A DNA stretch of 64,000 nt, from the NCBI GenBank assembly GCA_035381305.1, contig DAOSYK010000001.1:175218-239217 (forward strand). Reading direction: 5' to 3'. This document shows positions 19,186 to 27,094 of the stretch, in pieces. Position 1 is the first letter of the stretch. Each line of letters opens with the position of its first letter. The stretch comes from Clostridia bacterium (GTDB lineage: Bacteria > Bacillota > Clostridia > Christensenellales > DTU072). Below the pieces are notes generated by a model. That model did not search any database. It was not told where the DNA came from and worked only from the letters and a program-made list of their open reading frames with translations. The position numbers were made by a program, and so were the translations under genes.

Positions 19186-19392
19186 AAAATAATGCCCCCG
19201 AAAATAATGCCCCAAAAATTACAAGCATTTTGGGGGAACCCCCGAGAATAATGCCCCAAAAAATGACAAGCATTTTGGGGGAACCCCCGAGAATAATGCC
19301 CCAAAAATGACAAGCATTTCGGGGGAGCCCCCGGTATAGAACCCCTTTCAAGCGGAGACTAGAAACTGGGACCCACAAAAATAATGCCCTAT
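19186..19392. repeat. Intergenic tandem repeat array: three full 44-45-bp units plus two partial AATAATGCCC copies
   Basis: Full units start at 19203, 19247 and 19292 (AATAATGCCCCAAAAA(A)TGACAAGCATTTTGGGGGAACCCCCGAG). Partial copies start at 19188 and 19380. See the finding for this region. Confidence 0.9.
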
Positions 19393-19496
19393 TCGGTTGA
19401 AAGATGGGTCAATAAGTTGATTTATAAGATTTTTTTAAGATAGAATCTTATAATTATATATAAGCTAAATACCAAAGGATACTCAGGAGCTTTGAT

Positions 19497-21020
19497 ATGA
19501 AAAAAGTTTTGAAATACATTGTAATAATGCTGGTAATCGCGGCTTGTCTGTTTGCGCTTACAGGCTGCGACAGTGCGCTCGACCAAGCGTACAAGCAGGC
19601 GGTAAAGGACGGATTTGTGGGTACCGAAGCGGAGTGGCTGGCAAGCCTTACTTCGGGCAAGTCGGCATACGAAATCGCCGTTGAAAACGGGTTTACCGGC
19701 ACTGAGGCCGAATGGTTGGCAAGCCTTAAAGGCGTAAACGGCAATGACGGCAAGGACGGCGTGGACGGAACCGCGGGGCGAAACGGCAAGGACGCGACAA
19801 GCCCCACGCTCGAAGATATTTACGAAGCCGCCGTGGAATCGGGCTTTGAAGGCACCTTGCTGGAGTTTTTGCAGCAATACCTCGATCTTAATGTAGACAA
19901 CACGACCCAGCTTGCCGCCAATATCGCCATAAGGAGCGGCGTCAGCGTATTCTGCACCTTCAACGTGAGAAAGCAGGGACAGATTACGCAGGGTGTTTCG
20001 GCAGGTTCGGGCGTTATTTACAGACTTGATAAAACCGAGGGCGACGCGTATATTATCACCAACTATCACGTGGTTTACGATGTGAACTCTATTCAGCCCA
20101 ACGGAATAGCCGACGCAATAAGGGTATATATCTACGGCAAGGAATTCGGTCCCGACTATAATTCGGCATACAAGGAAGGCGACCTCAATTATTCCATTTC
20201 CGCACAGTATATCGGCGGGTCTATGACCTATGATATCGCTGTGCTTAAAGTCGCGGGCAACGACATCCTCAAAAACAGCGACGCCCTTCCCGTTATGACC
20301 TCTGACAGCAACGATATAGCAGTAGGGTCTACCGCTATAGCCGTTGGTAACCCCGAGGGCGTGGGAATTTCGGCAACGTCGGGAGTGGTAAGCATTGACT
20401 CTGAGACCATAAGCATGAAAGCCGCAGACGAAATAACTTACGTCAATTTCCGCGTCATGCGCATCGACACCGCCATCAACAGCGGCAACAGTGGCGGCGG
20501 GCTGTTTAACGCAAAAGGCGAGCTTATCGGCATTGTCAACGCCAAGATAATGAGCGATAACATCGAAAATATCGGCTACGCCATTCCTTCAAATATAGTT
20601 CTTAACGCCGTCGAGAATATAATTCACAATTGCGACGGCGTGGCAAACGAGAGAATTCTTAAGCCTGTCATCGGCGTAACGGTTCAGGTCGTGTCCTCGG
20701 GTTCGCGCTACGACCCCAATACCCAGACTGTCAGAATAGCTCAGGAAATAAGGGTCTTCGATTTTAACAAAAACGGAAACGGCGACATTGTAAGCGTGGG
20801 TTATGACTCGGGACTGAGAATAGGCGACAAACTTGTCAAGGCGCAGATAAAAGGCGAGGAGTATGAGATAACGAGACTGTTTACACTCTCCGACCTTCTT
20901 CTGGGCTGTTTCAAAAACGAGAGCATAATAATTACTGTTGAGAGGGATGTTGATAATGAGCCCACTCTTGTGGACATCACAATCGGACTTATCGAGGATT
21001 GTCTTACCATAGTGTCGTAA
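19497..21020 (+). CDS. Trypsin-like (S1C/HtrA-type) serine protease lipoprotein with N-terminal tail-fibre-like repeats and a short collagen-like run
   Basis: Lipobox LFALTGC|D, a 2x GF(V/T)GTEAEWLASL motif, then GVNGNDGKDGVDGTAGRNGKD. Protease core with TNYHVV (His), catalytic Ser motif GNSGGGLF and a PDZ-like C-terminus. Confidence 0.8.
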   Translation: MKKVLKYIVIMLVIAACLFALTGCDSALDQAYKQAVKDGFVGTEAEWLASLTSGKSAYEIAVENGFTGTEAEWLASLKGVNGNDGKDGVDGTAGRNGKDATSPTLEDIYEAAVESGFEGTLLEFLQQYLDLNVDNTTQLAANIAIRSGVSVFCTFNVRKQGQITQGVSAGSGVIYRLDKTEGDAYIITNYHVVYDVNSIQPNGIADAIRVYIYGKEFGPDYNSAYKEGDLNYSISAQYIGGSMTYDIAVLKVAGNDILKNSDALPVMTSDSNDIAVGSTAIAVGNPEGVGISATSGVVSIDSETISMKAADEITYVNFRVMRIDTAINSGNSGGGLFNAKGELIGIVNAKIMSDNIENIGYAIPSNIVLNAVENIIHNCDGVANERILKPVIGVTVQVVSSGSRYDPNTQTVRIAQEIRVFDFNKNGNGDIVSVGYDSGLRIGDKLVKAQIKGEEYEITRLFTLSDLLLGCFKNESIIITVERDVDNEPTLVDITIGLIEDCLTIVS

Positions 21021-21056
21021 AAAAGCTTTTCGGTAAAAACAGACAAATTATTAAAA

Positions 21057-21086
21057 CGTGGTATAATACTTATACCGCGTTTTTTT
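21057..21086 (+). terminator. Rho-independent terminator after the protease gene
   Basis: CGTGGTATA-ATACT-TATACCGCG (9 bp, one G-U) followed by T7. Confidence 0.75.
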
Positions 21087-21096
21087 ATGAGGTGGA

Positions 21097-21603
21097 ATGA
21101 TGAACATTACATTACGTGCGTGGACGATTGACGACGCGCCGTCGCTTGCGGCGATACTTAACAATGAGAATATCCTTGCCGGGTTCCGTGATGGGATACC
21201 TTATCCATATACCGAGGAGCACGCAAGAGAGTTTATTGATATGCAACTCCGCGCCGACCCCGACAAAGTGCTTGCCTTTGCCATAGCCGCCGATGAGGAA
21301 GTGGTGGGCAGCATAACGGTGTCAAGGCAAGACAATATAAATTACCTTTCGGCAGAAATAGGATATTTTATCGCCGAAGCGCATTGGGGCAAGGGATTCG
21401 CGACCCGGGCGGTAAAGCTGGCGTGCCAGACAGTATTTGAAAAGACCGACATAATAAGAGTTTTCGGAATGTCTTTTACCGACAATCCCGCGTCCTGTCG
21501 TGTGCTGGAAAAGAGCGGTTTTGAACTTGAAGGAGTCTTAAGAAAGAGCGCAATCAAGAAAGGAAAGATACGGGATGTCAGCGTTTACGCCCGTCTCAAG
21601 TAA
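21097..21603 (+). CDS. GNAT family N-acetyltransferase (RimJ/RimL-like)
   Basis: 168 aa with the acetyl-CoA pocket motif WGKGFATRAVKL. The start could be ATG 21100. Confidence 0.8.
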   Translation: MMNITLRAWTIDDAPSLAAILNNENILAGFRDGIPYPYTEEHAREFIDMQLRADPDKVLAFAIAADEEVVGSITVSRQDNINYLSAEIGYFIAEAHWGKGFATRAVKLACQTVFEKTDIIRVFGMSFTDNPASCRVLEKSGFELEGVLRKSAIKKGKIRDVSVYARLK

Positions 21604-21799
21604 GTCTTTTTATGCAAAAGGCTCTGCATATATAAGGAAATATTCACGAATCTATGCATAAATAGCAAGAATATGCAGCCTTACGAACAATTTATAAAAT
21701 TTATTTGCATAATAATAAAATTTTGCTTCAAATCGCTTGCGTTTGAAAAGGGATAGTGATAATATAAACTTAAAATTTTGAAACAGGAGATTAAGAAAG

Positions 21800-22609
21800 A
21801 TGAAAAAAGCAATTACAGTTGTTTTAAGTCTTATGGTTGTTATAGCATGTATGCTTAGCATGACCGCTTGTGCAGGAATTAAAGATTCGACACCCGAAGG
21901 CATCCAGAAATACGGAAAGCTCGTTGTCGCAACCAACGCTTATTTCCCGCCCTTTGAATATAAGGATGAAGCCGGCAAAATAGTCGGATGGGATATCGAG
22001 ATTGCTCAGGCTCTTGCCGATAAGCTCGGTGTTGAACTTGTTGTGGAAGATATGGAATTCGAATCCGTTTTGCTCGCTCCCGGCGCCAACAAGGCTCACA
22101 TCTCCATGGCAGGTATCAGCTACAGCGAGTCCAGAGACGAATACCTTGACTTCACAGTGGGCGTTTTTGACTCCACTCAGGTTATTATCGTAAAGAACGA
22201 CAGCGCGATTACAGGTCCTTTTGACCTCGGCGGAGTTGTTGTTGGCGTTCAGTCGGGTACTGTCGGCCAGCTTCTTGCCGAAATGGATCCCGATTGGGCA
22301 GGTGAAGGCGACGATGTGTGCCTTGCCGCTCCCGGAAGCGTTCAGAAATTCTCCACCGGCGCCGAAGCCGTTGTCGCTTTGACCCAGGGCAAAGTGGACG
22401 CCGTCATAATCGACCAGTTCCCCGCGCAAAACTTTGTCGCCAACTATGCGGGAATAAAGATTGTCGAAGAGCCCATCTTTGAAGATACGTATGCCTTTGC
22501 CGTAAAGGAAGGCAACAAAGCCCTTGTTGACTGGCTCAACGCCGCCATCGCCGAATTGCAGGCAGAGGGCACCATGGACAAGATCAACGAGAAATATTTC
22601 GGCAAATAA
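21800..22609 (+). CDS. Amino-acid ABC transporter substrate-binding lipoprotein (family 3 SBP)
   Basis: Lipobox LSMTAC|A and KLVVATNAYFPPFEYKD..GKIVGWDIEIAQALADKLGV. Confidence 0.85.
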   Translation: MKKAITVVLSLMVVIACMLSMTACAGIKDSTPEGIQKYGKLVVATNAYFPPFEYKDEAGKIVGWDIEIAQALADKLGVELVVEDMEFESVLLAPGANKAHISMAGISYSESRDEYLDFTVGVFDSTQVIIVKNDSAITGPFDLGGVVVGVQSGTVGQLLAEMDPDWAGEGDDVCLAAPGSVQKFSTGAEAVVALTQGKVDAVIIDQFPAQNFVANYAGIKIVEEPIFEDTYAFAVKEGNKALVDWLNAAIAELQAEGTMDKINEKYFGK

Positions 22610-22643
22610 TAATGAACTAATCAAAAATCCAACAGACAATCGT

Positions 22644-22675
22644 GAAGATTATGCGCCATTTAGCGCATAATCTTC
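22644..22675 (+). other. Intercistronic perfect 13-bp hairpin between the SBP and permease genes
   Basis: GAAGATTATGCGC-CATTTA-GCGCATAATCTTC with no following T-run. Confidence 0.6.
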
Positions 22676-22696
22676 ATTGATGAAAAGGAACCCATA

Positions 22697-23392
22697 GTGA
22701 AACTGAATTTAAGCATAATTTTTAATAAGGCATCACTCCTTCTGCTTTCGAAGGCTTACGGCTGGACGCTTGCAATCACATGCATGGCGCTTGTAATCGG
22801 TATAATAATCGGTACCATTCTCGCCGTATTCATGGTATTGCCCAAGAACAATATTTTCAACAAGATCCTCAACGGGATTGCCACGGCGTATCTTGCCGTG
22901 ATAAGGGGTACTCCTATCCTCGTCCAGTTGATGATAATATGTTTTGCGATATTCTCCAACGTAATCTTCTTTAACCGCAGCCTTTCGCCATATTTCGTCG
23001 CGACAATAGGATTCGGCATAAACAGCGGCGCGTACGTCGCCGAGATAATGCGCGCGGGAATATTGAGCGTGGACAGGGGACAGATGGAAGCCGGAAGGTC
23101 GCTGGGCTTAAGCTACGGCGAAACCATGAAACGGATAATCCTGCCGCAATCGGCAAAGAATATATTGCCTGCGCTCGGCAATGAGATGATAGCGCTGGTA
23201 AAGGAAACTTCGGTTGCGCTGATAATCGGAGTAAGCGAATTTTTCACCACAATAAAGAGCATAGTCAACACGACTTACAACGTGGTCACTCCCTATTTGT
23301 TTGCCGCGCTCGTGTACTTTATCACGGTAATGATAATGAATATGCTGCTTAAAAAACTTGAAAAGCGATTGAGGAAGAGCGATGCAAAATAA
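22697..23392 (+). CDS. Amino-acid ABC transporter permease (His/Glu/Gln/Arg family)
   Basis: Five or more TM segments and the EAA loop [25 protein letters not shown] start. Confidence 0.85.
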   Translation: MKLNLSIIFNKASLLLLSKAYGWTLAITCMALVIGIIIGTILAVFMVLPKNNIFNKILNGIATAYLAVIRGTPILVQLMIICFAIFSNVIFFNRSLSPYFVATIGFGINSGAYVAEIMRAGILSVDRGQMEAGRSLGLSYGETMKRIILPQSAKNILPALGNEMIALVKETSVALIIGVSEFFTTIKSIVNTTYNVVTPYLFAALVYFITVMIMNMLLKKLEKRLRKSDAK

Positions 23393-24290
23393 TAAAATAC
23401 TGATATCCACGAGAAATCTAACCAAATACTTTGGCGACAACAAGGTGCTTGACAATATCGACATCGATATAACCGAGGGCGAAAAGGTAGTAGTAATCGG
23501 ACCTTCGGGCGGCGGAAAGAGTACGTTTTTGCGCTGTCTCAATCTTCTCGAAATGCCCACGAGCGGCCTGGTAGAATTTGAGGGCGCGCCCCTTTACAAG
23601 CACTACTCGGTTTTCACCAAGGAAGAGATAAAGGCGGAAAAACACGCTTTACGCCAGGCGAAAAAACAGAAAGACGTCGAAAAAACCGCCGGGAGCATTA
23701 AGAAAATCGAGGAGCTGAAATTTAAGCACGCCGAACAGGTAAAAGAGGAAAAGGGTTTTACAAAGCGCATGGAGCAGAACCTCAATCTTCACAGACAGAA
23801 GATGGGTATGGTGTTCCAGCAGTTTAATCTGTTTCCTCACCTTACAGTGCTGGAGAATATTACTCTCGCTCCCGTAAAGCTTAATCTTATGACCAAAGAA
23901 GAAGCCGAAAAGAAGGCCGACGAATTTCTCAAGAGAGTAGGGCTGATGGAGAAGAAATTCAGCTATCCCAATCAGCTTTCGGGCGGTCAGAAGCAGCGTA
24001 TCGCGATAGTAAGATCGCTCGCTATGAATCCGTCGGTTATGCTCTTTGACGAGCCGACAAGCGCCCTCGACCCCGAAATGGTCGGAGAAGTGCTCGATCT
24101 CATTAAAGAAGTTGCCGAAACGGGTATGACAATGGTTATCGTAACTCACGAGATGGGATTTGCGAAGGAAGTGGGTACAAGGATACTGTTTATGGACGAA
24201 GGAAGAGTGGACGCACAGGGCACTCCCGACGAAATTTTCAATCATCCCACGCAGCCGCGTCTGGTCGAATTTTTGAGTAAAGTTTTATAA
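23382..24290 (+). CDS. Amino-acid ABC transporter ATP-binding protein with a ~60-aa charged insertion
   Basis: Walker [11 protein letters not shown]-loop [37 protein letters not shown]. It is 302 aa, against about 240 aa from memory for GlnQ-type ATPases. Confidence 0.85.
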   Translation: MQNNKILISTRNLTKYFGDNKVLDNIDIDITEGEKVVVIGPSGGGKSTFLRCLNLLEMPTSGLVEFEGAPLYKHYSVFTKEEIKAEKHALRQAKKQKDVEKTAGSIKKIEELKFKHAEQVKEEKGFTKRMEQNLNLHRQKMGMVFQQFNLFPHLTVLENITLAPVKLNLMTKEEAEKKADEFLKRVGLMEKKFSYPNQLSGGQKQRIAIVRSLAMNPSVMLFDEPTSALDPEMVGEVLDLIKEVAETGMTMVIVTHEMGFAKEVGTRILFMDEGRVDAQGTPDEIFNHPTQPRLVEFLSKVL

Positions 24291-24329
24291 AAACGGTAAA
24301 AAAAGAGAATACATTTATCGATAAAATAC

Positions 24330-24358
24330 TTGCTAAAAGTGTTTTTATATGATAAATT
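24330..24358 (+). promoter_or_regulatory. Promoter of the rplU-prp-rpmA operon (TTGCTA-17-TAAATT, TGa-extended)
   Basis: Same AAAATACTTGCTAAA ... ATATGATAAA block and spacing as the tRNA-Glu promoter. Confidence 0.5.
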
Positions 24359-24438
24359 ATATACCAGCCGCATAATCCGGGTTTTTAAGTGTGTTTTACC
24401 ACCCGAAATTAGCGAGTCTTCGTAAGGAGGTTATGTTT

Positions 24439-24744
24439 ATGTACGCAGTAGTTGTCACCGGCGGAAAGCAGTACAAGGTTCAGAAGGACGACATTCTCAA
24501 AGTGGAGCTTCTCACCGCCGAGGCTGGGAGCAAGGTTAAGCTTGACGTCATTCTTCTCAATAAGGACGGCAAGATTTCCACAGGCAATCCCATCGCCGGT
24601 TCTTATGCCGAAGCCGAAGTTATTTGCAACGGAAAGGGACCGAAGATTAACATTTTCAAGTACAAAGCCAAGAAAAACGAGCGTAAGAGACAAGGTCATC
24701 GTCAGCCGTACACAAAGCTCAAGATTACCGATATCGTTGGCTAA
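24439..24744 (+). CDS. rplU: 50S ribosomal protein L21
   Basis: MYAVVVTGGKQYKV. ATG 24439 lies 8 nt after AAGGAGG; the tracked start at 24391 is upstream of the RBS. Confidence 0.95.
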   Translation: MYAVVVTGGKQYKVQKDDILKVELLTAEAGSKVKLDVILLNKDGKISTGNPIAGSYAEAEVICNGKGPKINIFKYKAKKNERKRQGHRQPYTKLKITDIVG

Positions 24745-24748
24745 ATAA

Positions 24749-25078
24749 ATGATTGGCATCACGGTTACCAAAGGGTCCGAGGGCATAGAATGTGTGGAGA
24801 TAAAAGGCCACGCGGGATATGCGAAATACGGCAAAGATATTGTTTGCAGCGCGGTGAGCGCGATAGCGCAGACGGCACTTATGGGCCTTATGGAAATATC
24901 GGCAAAAAAGGTTGATTTTGTCAAAGACGACGAGACGGGATACCTAAAGTTTTGTGCGCCGAAAGCGGAAAGCGAAACCGAAAGGATTAAGCAGCAGGCG
25001 ATATTGGAAACCATGGTACTCGGACTCAAAGACATTCAGAAAGGCTACAAAGCCTTTGTCAAAGTGGAGGTAAGGTAA
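24749..25078 (+). CDS. prp: Ribosomal-processing cysteine protease Prp
   Basis: 109 aa with [19 protein letters not shown] (His/Cys dyad), located between rplU and rpmA. Confidence 0.9.
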   Translation: MIGITVTKGSEGIECVEIKGHAGYAKYGKDIVCSAVSAIAQTALMGLMEISAKKVDFVKDDETGYLKFCAPKAESETERIKQQAILETMVLGLKDIQKGYKAFVKVEVR

Positions 25079-25080
25079 AA

Positions 25081-25368
25081 ATGTTTATGAATATTCAATT
25101 GTTTGCTCACAAGAAAGGTGTGGGCAGCTCGAGAAACGGACGTGACAGTGCTGCGAAAAGGCTTGGACCTAAGAAGAGCGACGGAGCAAAGTGTCTTGCC
25201 GGAAATATCCTCGTAAGGCAGAGAGGCACAAGATTCCACGCCGGCGAAAATGTCGGAATAGGAAGCGATGACACCCTGTTTGCCAAGATAGACGGAATAG
25301 TCCGTTTTGAGGAAGGCGGCTCGAGAAGCAAGAGATACAAAAAAGTAAGCGTTTACGCAGCTGAATAA
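25081..25368 (+). CDS. rpmA: 50S ribosomal protein L27 with cleavable N-terminal extension
   Basis: MFMNIQLFA|[14 protein letters not shown], a Firmicutes-type Prp cleavage motif. Confidence 0.95.
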   Translation: MFMNIQLFAHKKGVGSSRNGRDSAAKRLGPKKSDGAKCLAGNILVRQRGTRFHAGENVGIGSDDTLFAKIDGIVRFEEGGSRSKRYKKVSVYAAE

Positions 25369-25411
25369 CAAACGGGTATGGGCAAAGGAAACTTTGCCCA
25401 TTACATACTAA

Positions 25412-26245
25412 ATGGATTATTATAAAACAGCGGGCAAGATAGTAATTCCCGACTCATCGGAATTCAACATCGGACACATTCTCGACTGTGGGCAGGTGTT
25501 CAGGTACCGAAAGACGGGCGATTGTTATACTTTATTTGCAAAAGACGCAAATTGCCTATTGCAGAGCAATAATGGCTGTGTTATAATTAATACAAACTTT
25601 GTTGATTTTTTTGAGAATTACTTTGATTTAAAGAGAGATTATAAGGTAATCAAAGAAGAATTAAGAGAGTTTACGGGACTAAGCGAAGCGATTGATTTCG
25701 GCGGCGGAATAAGGCTGCTAAATCAGGACCCGTTGGAGATGATAATATCTTTTATCTTGTCTTCCAACAACAATATCCCCCGCATACAGCTGATAATCAG
25801 CAGACTGTGCGAGAAACTGGGAAGGGATATGGGCGGCTATTACGCGTTTCCCACACTCGAGGCACTGCAAAGCGCCGATGAAACTTTTTACAGATCGATA
25901 GGAGCAGGCTACAGGGCAAGATACATTGCGGAAACATGCAAGGCGCTCACAGACTTTGACCTTGAAGAGCCTTTCAGGCTGGACACCCCCGCCGCGAGGA
26001 AGAAACTTACTTCGCTTACCGGCGTTGGCGGCAAAGTGGCAGATTGTATCCTGCTGTTCGCATACAAAAAAACCGACGCGTTCCCTCTGGACACATGGAC
26101 AAAGAGGGTGTACCCGAGACTGTTCGGGAAAGACGCGCCCGACATTAAGACGATGGAGAAGGAACTTGTTGCGAGATTCGGCAATCTGAGCGGTTACGCG
26201 CAACAATATTTATATTATTATTACAGGTCTTTGAAGATTGATTAA
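25412..26245 (+). CDS. ogg: 8-oxoguanine DNA glycosylase/AP lyase (OGG, HhH-GPD)
   Basis: HhH-GPD motif LTSLTGVGGKVADCILLFAY followed by FPLDTW, with an N-terminal OGG_N-like region. Confidence 0.85.
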   Translation: MDYYKTAGKIVIPDSSEFNIGHILDCGQVFRYRKTGDCYTLFAKDANCLLQSNNGCVIINTNFVDFFENYFDLKRDYKVIKEELREFTGLSEAIDFGGGIRLLNQDPLEMIISFILSSNNNIPRIQLIISRLCEKLGRDMGGYYAFPTLEALQSADETFYRSIGAGYRARYIAETCKALTDFDLEEPFRLDTPAARKKLTSLTGVGGKVADCILLFAYKKTDAFPLDTWTKRVYPRLFGKDAPDIKTMEKELVARFGNLSGYAQQYLYYYYRSLKID

Positions 26246-26261
26246 CTGAGGGAGGACAGAG

Positions 26262-26858
26262 ATGAACAAACCAAAAATCGTATTGCTTATAGACTTGGCG
26301 AGCCTGAAAATATCCTGCGAGGGCTTTAAGCAGCTGCTTTCGGAGATAGAAGTCAAGTTTGAGGTTTCGGGCGTCAAATTTTACGGATACGTTGCGAAAC
26401 GCAACCGCGACTTTAACGAATATACCGATGCCAAGGGCTATTATAAAGAAACCGCTTTCGCGTCCCGCAGAAGAAACAAACTCGATTCTCAGCAGATTAT
26501 CGAAGCTGCTCTTCTCGGCGAAAACTCCACCGTCGACGCTGTGGCGTTTGCGGCAGGCGAGGGCGACATTCTCCCCATTGTTTCCTATCTTAAACTTAAG
26601 GGCAAGGACGTCTACGAAATAGCAGTTGAAAGCAATGCCTACAGCGAGGCCTTTACGGGCTTCATCCCCGTAAACAAGGCTTACTTACGCGAAGGTTATG
26701 CTTCTCCCACGACCAAGAAAGTCGTTAAGAAGACTCCCAAAATCATCACGCCTCCTCCGGCTCCCGCCGCTTCCGCTCCCAGCGAGGAAAGCAAATACGT
26801 CGCCGAGGTCAAAAAGGTACTTACCGCCAGCTCCATTTTGGCAAGATACAAGAGATAA
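26262..26858 (+). CDS. NYN/LabA-like domain protein with Pro/Ala-rich C-terminal tail (function unknown)
   Basis: IVLLIDLASL ... VKFYGYV ... LDSQQII ... VAFAAGEGDILPIVSYLKLKGKDVYEI follows the NYN layout, but several acidic positions are substituted. The tail is TPKIITPPPAPAASAPSEE. Confidence 0.4.
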   Translation: MNKPKIVLLIDLASLKISCEGFKQLLSEIEVKFEVSGVKFYGYVAKRNRDFNEYTDAKGYYKETAFASRRRNKLDSQQIIEAALLGENSTVDAVAFAAGEGDILPIVSYLKLKGKDVYEIAVESNAYSEAFTGFIPVNKAYLREGYASPTTKKVVKKTPKIITPPPAPAASAPSEESKYVAEVKKVLTASSILARYKR

Positions 26859-26883
26859 GTTCTTTTTATCCCAAATACATACC

Positions 26884-26918
26884 AAGGCGGATCGGCAAGG
26901 TCCGCCTTATTTGTTTTT
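26884..26918 (+). terminator. Rho-independent terminator
   Basis: AAGGCGGA-N9-TCCGCCTT followed by ATTTGTTTTT. Confidence 0.75.
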
Positions 26919-27094
26919 ATAAAGAAAAATTGAAGTTTAGCGCGGTTTTACACAAAATATATATACAGCCGCAGACATAAACCGACAAAATAAACAATTT
27001 ATCAACCCGTAGTAAATAAATAGTAAATGATATTGCATTATTCGACATAAGAGTATACAATATTAAAGGGTCATTCTCGGGGGAGGACACGCAA

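Noticed and set aside
19097-19378. 93-aa minus-strand ORF across the tandem repeat array, and the idea that the array is a CRISPR.
   Set aside because: The ORF merely translates the DNA repeat and has no RBS. The units are directly abutting with no unique spacers and there are no cas genes, so it is not a CRISPR.
21604-21799. Riboswitch, T-box or CodY box upstream of the amino-acid ABC operon (repeated ATGCA motifs; AAAATTTTGAAA near 21770).
   Set aside because: No T-box (AGGGTGGTACCGCG-like) or known aptamer core is present. The similarity to the CodY consensus is partial, and ATGCA repeats are too short to interpret.
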